A stretch of 63,678 nt of DNA, filler included, from Phoronis australis (Eukaryota; Animalia; Phoronida): the NCBI GenBank assembly GCA_002633005.1. It is 8 parts of 8 records of this genome, joined end to end, with 100 filler letters (N's around TTAATTAATTAA, not from the genome) between each part and the next. Parts side by side here need not be neighbours in the genome. Positions count along the whole stretch, not along the records: positions 62,576 to 63,678 come from NMRA01000226.1; 7 more parts are not named here. One strand, 5' to 3'. The stretch's first letter is position 1; the number at the start of each line of letters is the position of its first letter. The notes below the pieces were generated by a model. It was not told where the DNA came from. It saw nothing but the letters and a program-made list of their open reading frames with translations, and did not search any database. The translations under genes were made by a program, and so were the position numbers. This document shows positions 62,476 to 63,678 of the stretch, piece after piece.

Positions 62476-63678
62476 NNNNNNNNNNNNNNNNNNNNNNNNN
62501 NNNNNNNNNNNNNNNNNNNTTAATTAATTAANNNNNNNNNNNNNNNNNNNNNNNNNNNNNNNNNNNNNNNNNNNNAGATTACAGGTTCATGGGTCTGTCA
62601 AGCATACTTCTAGCCTAAGGTTGAGGGAACCGTTTTTCTTCTAATAGAAGAAATGAAGACTTGGGTCATTTAAAAATGATGGATAATCTTTCTGTTGTTT
62701 AAGAGTAATTACAAATCGTAAGGCACCATCAAAAATGCAATTTTCACATATATGGCAGTCATTTGAATTTACAACGACTTGCAACATTTCAAGGCATGAG
62801 TTAAAGACTATTCAGTCACTGTGAATTCGGAAAATGTAATATATAAATTTTCGTGGTTTTACAGTTGATGCAAGTAGTAAAACAGTTTCATGAAATCAAC
62901 TTCAAGGGACTTCGTGAAGGTTAAGAATTACCTCACCATGCTCTTTTCCCCAAACATGTATTACCTGTTATTTCCACACATTCAGTTGTACCAAATATTA
63001 CAACCCCCATGCCAATCTCCCCTCGGGACCTGAATAAGTAATTTAACAAAATGACTTTAAAAATAGCTGTTCCTTTTCAAAGGCTTTGTTCGTTGTCTCC
63101 AATATTGAAAGTAGGCTTTGACAACAGATCTGCACTGGATGATGGGAAGATCTTGTTGGTTAGCTGCAGTCAAATGCTAAAAACCAGTTTTTGTCCATTC
63201 AGGGACGGTGCAGAAGCGATGCATATCTCCTCTGCACGGTACAAGCCTTCAAACCTAAAAACCAAAGGTTACGTGAAAACAGACGTGATAGATTTGCATT
63301 TCAACGTGTAATAGATTTCCAGAAGGCATATGATAGGGAGTAAACAAATAGTCTAATGCAATGGATATTTATCACTCACGTACCCTTTGCCACAATAATA
63401 ATGCTTTGATGTACGAAAAGATCCCGATATCTACGTCAAGTATGGTATCACATATCACAACATACAAAGATTAACCAGACTCTGGCTGGCGACTGACTGC
63501 CGCGAAGCCGACATCGGCGAGTGCCTCAGTTAACAGGCATCGGTAGAATAATCATGGAATAATCGTTAAAATAATCACAAACCTTACCTTTGTATGAGGT
63601 CGTGCTTACTTCCTCTCATAGAAGCACCCTTTTTACGCAATCTCAGATTCAGTTGGCACGGCTGCAAGCCATTTCACC

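Noticed and set aside
63589-63665. Minus-strand exon-like piece encoding QLNLRLRKKGASMRGSKHDLIQR (SAP-domain-like)
   Set aside because: It is too short, lies at the window edge, has upstream stops, and has no convincing downstream exon; possibly a decayed transposon gene.

Overview
AT-rich, repeat-dense animal genomic scaffold, most likely an invertebrate (spliceosomal GT-AG introns, TTAGGG tracts, eukaryotic transposons). It has N-gaps, seven of which carry an artificial TTAATTAATTAA spacer. Four host gene units could be read by hand. (1) A complete 6-coding-exon + strand gene (5551-17487, 374 aa) for a secreted protein made of a signal peptide, one NIDO domain and one C-terminal chitin-binding peritrophin-A/CBM14-like domain; this compact architecture is the best novelty candidate. 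(2) Four exons of WDR31 on the - strand (23377-27296). (3) An unidentified TATA-driven, low-complexity - strand gene (about 27753-32240) that meets WDR31 at an assembly gap. (4) A single-coding-exon RING/B-box/coiled-coil/NHL TRIM E3 ligase (46792-48603, -) with an AP-1/NF-kB-like/IRF-like motif cluster upstream. The remainder is mostly mobile DNA: a decayed Academ (XPG-type) transposon with both ends intact, hAT-like MITEs with 5-bp or 7-bp TSDs, Penelope, CR1/L2, RTE-X and Tc1 fragments, an LTR-like segment rich in heat-shock elements, minisatellites, and a composite satellite/TTAGGG element. All calls come from manual reading and recalled family motifs; no database searches were run.
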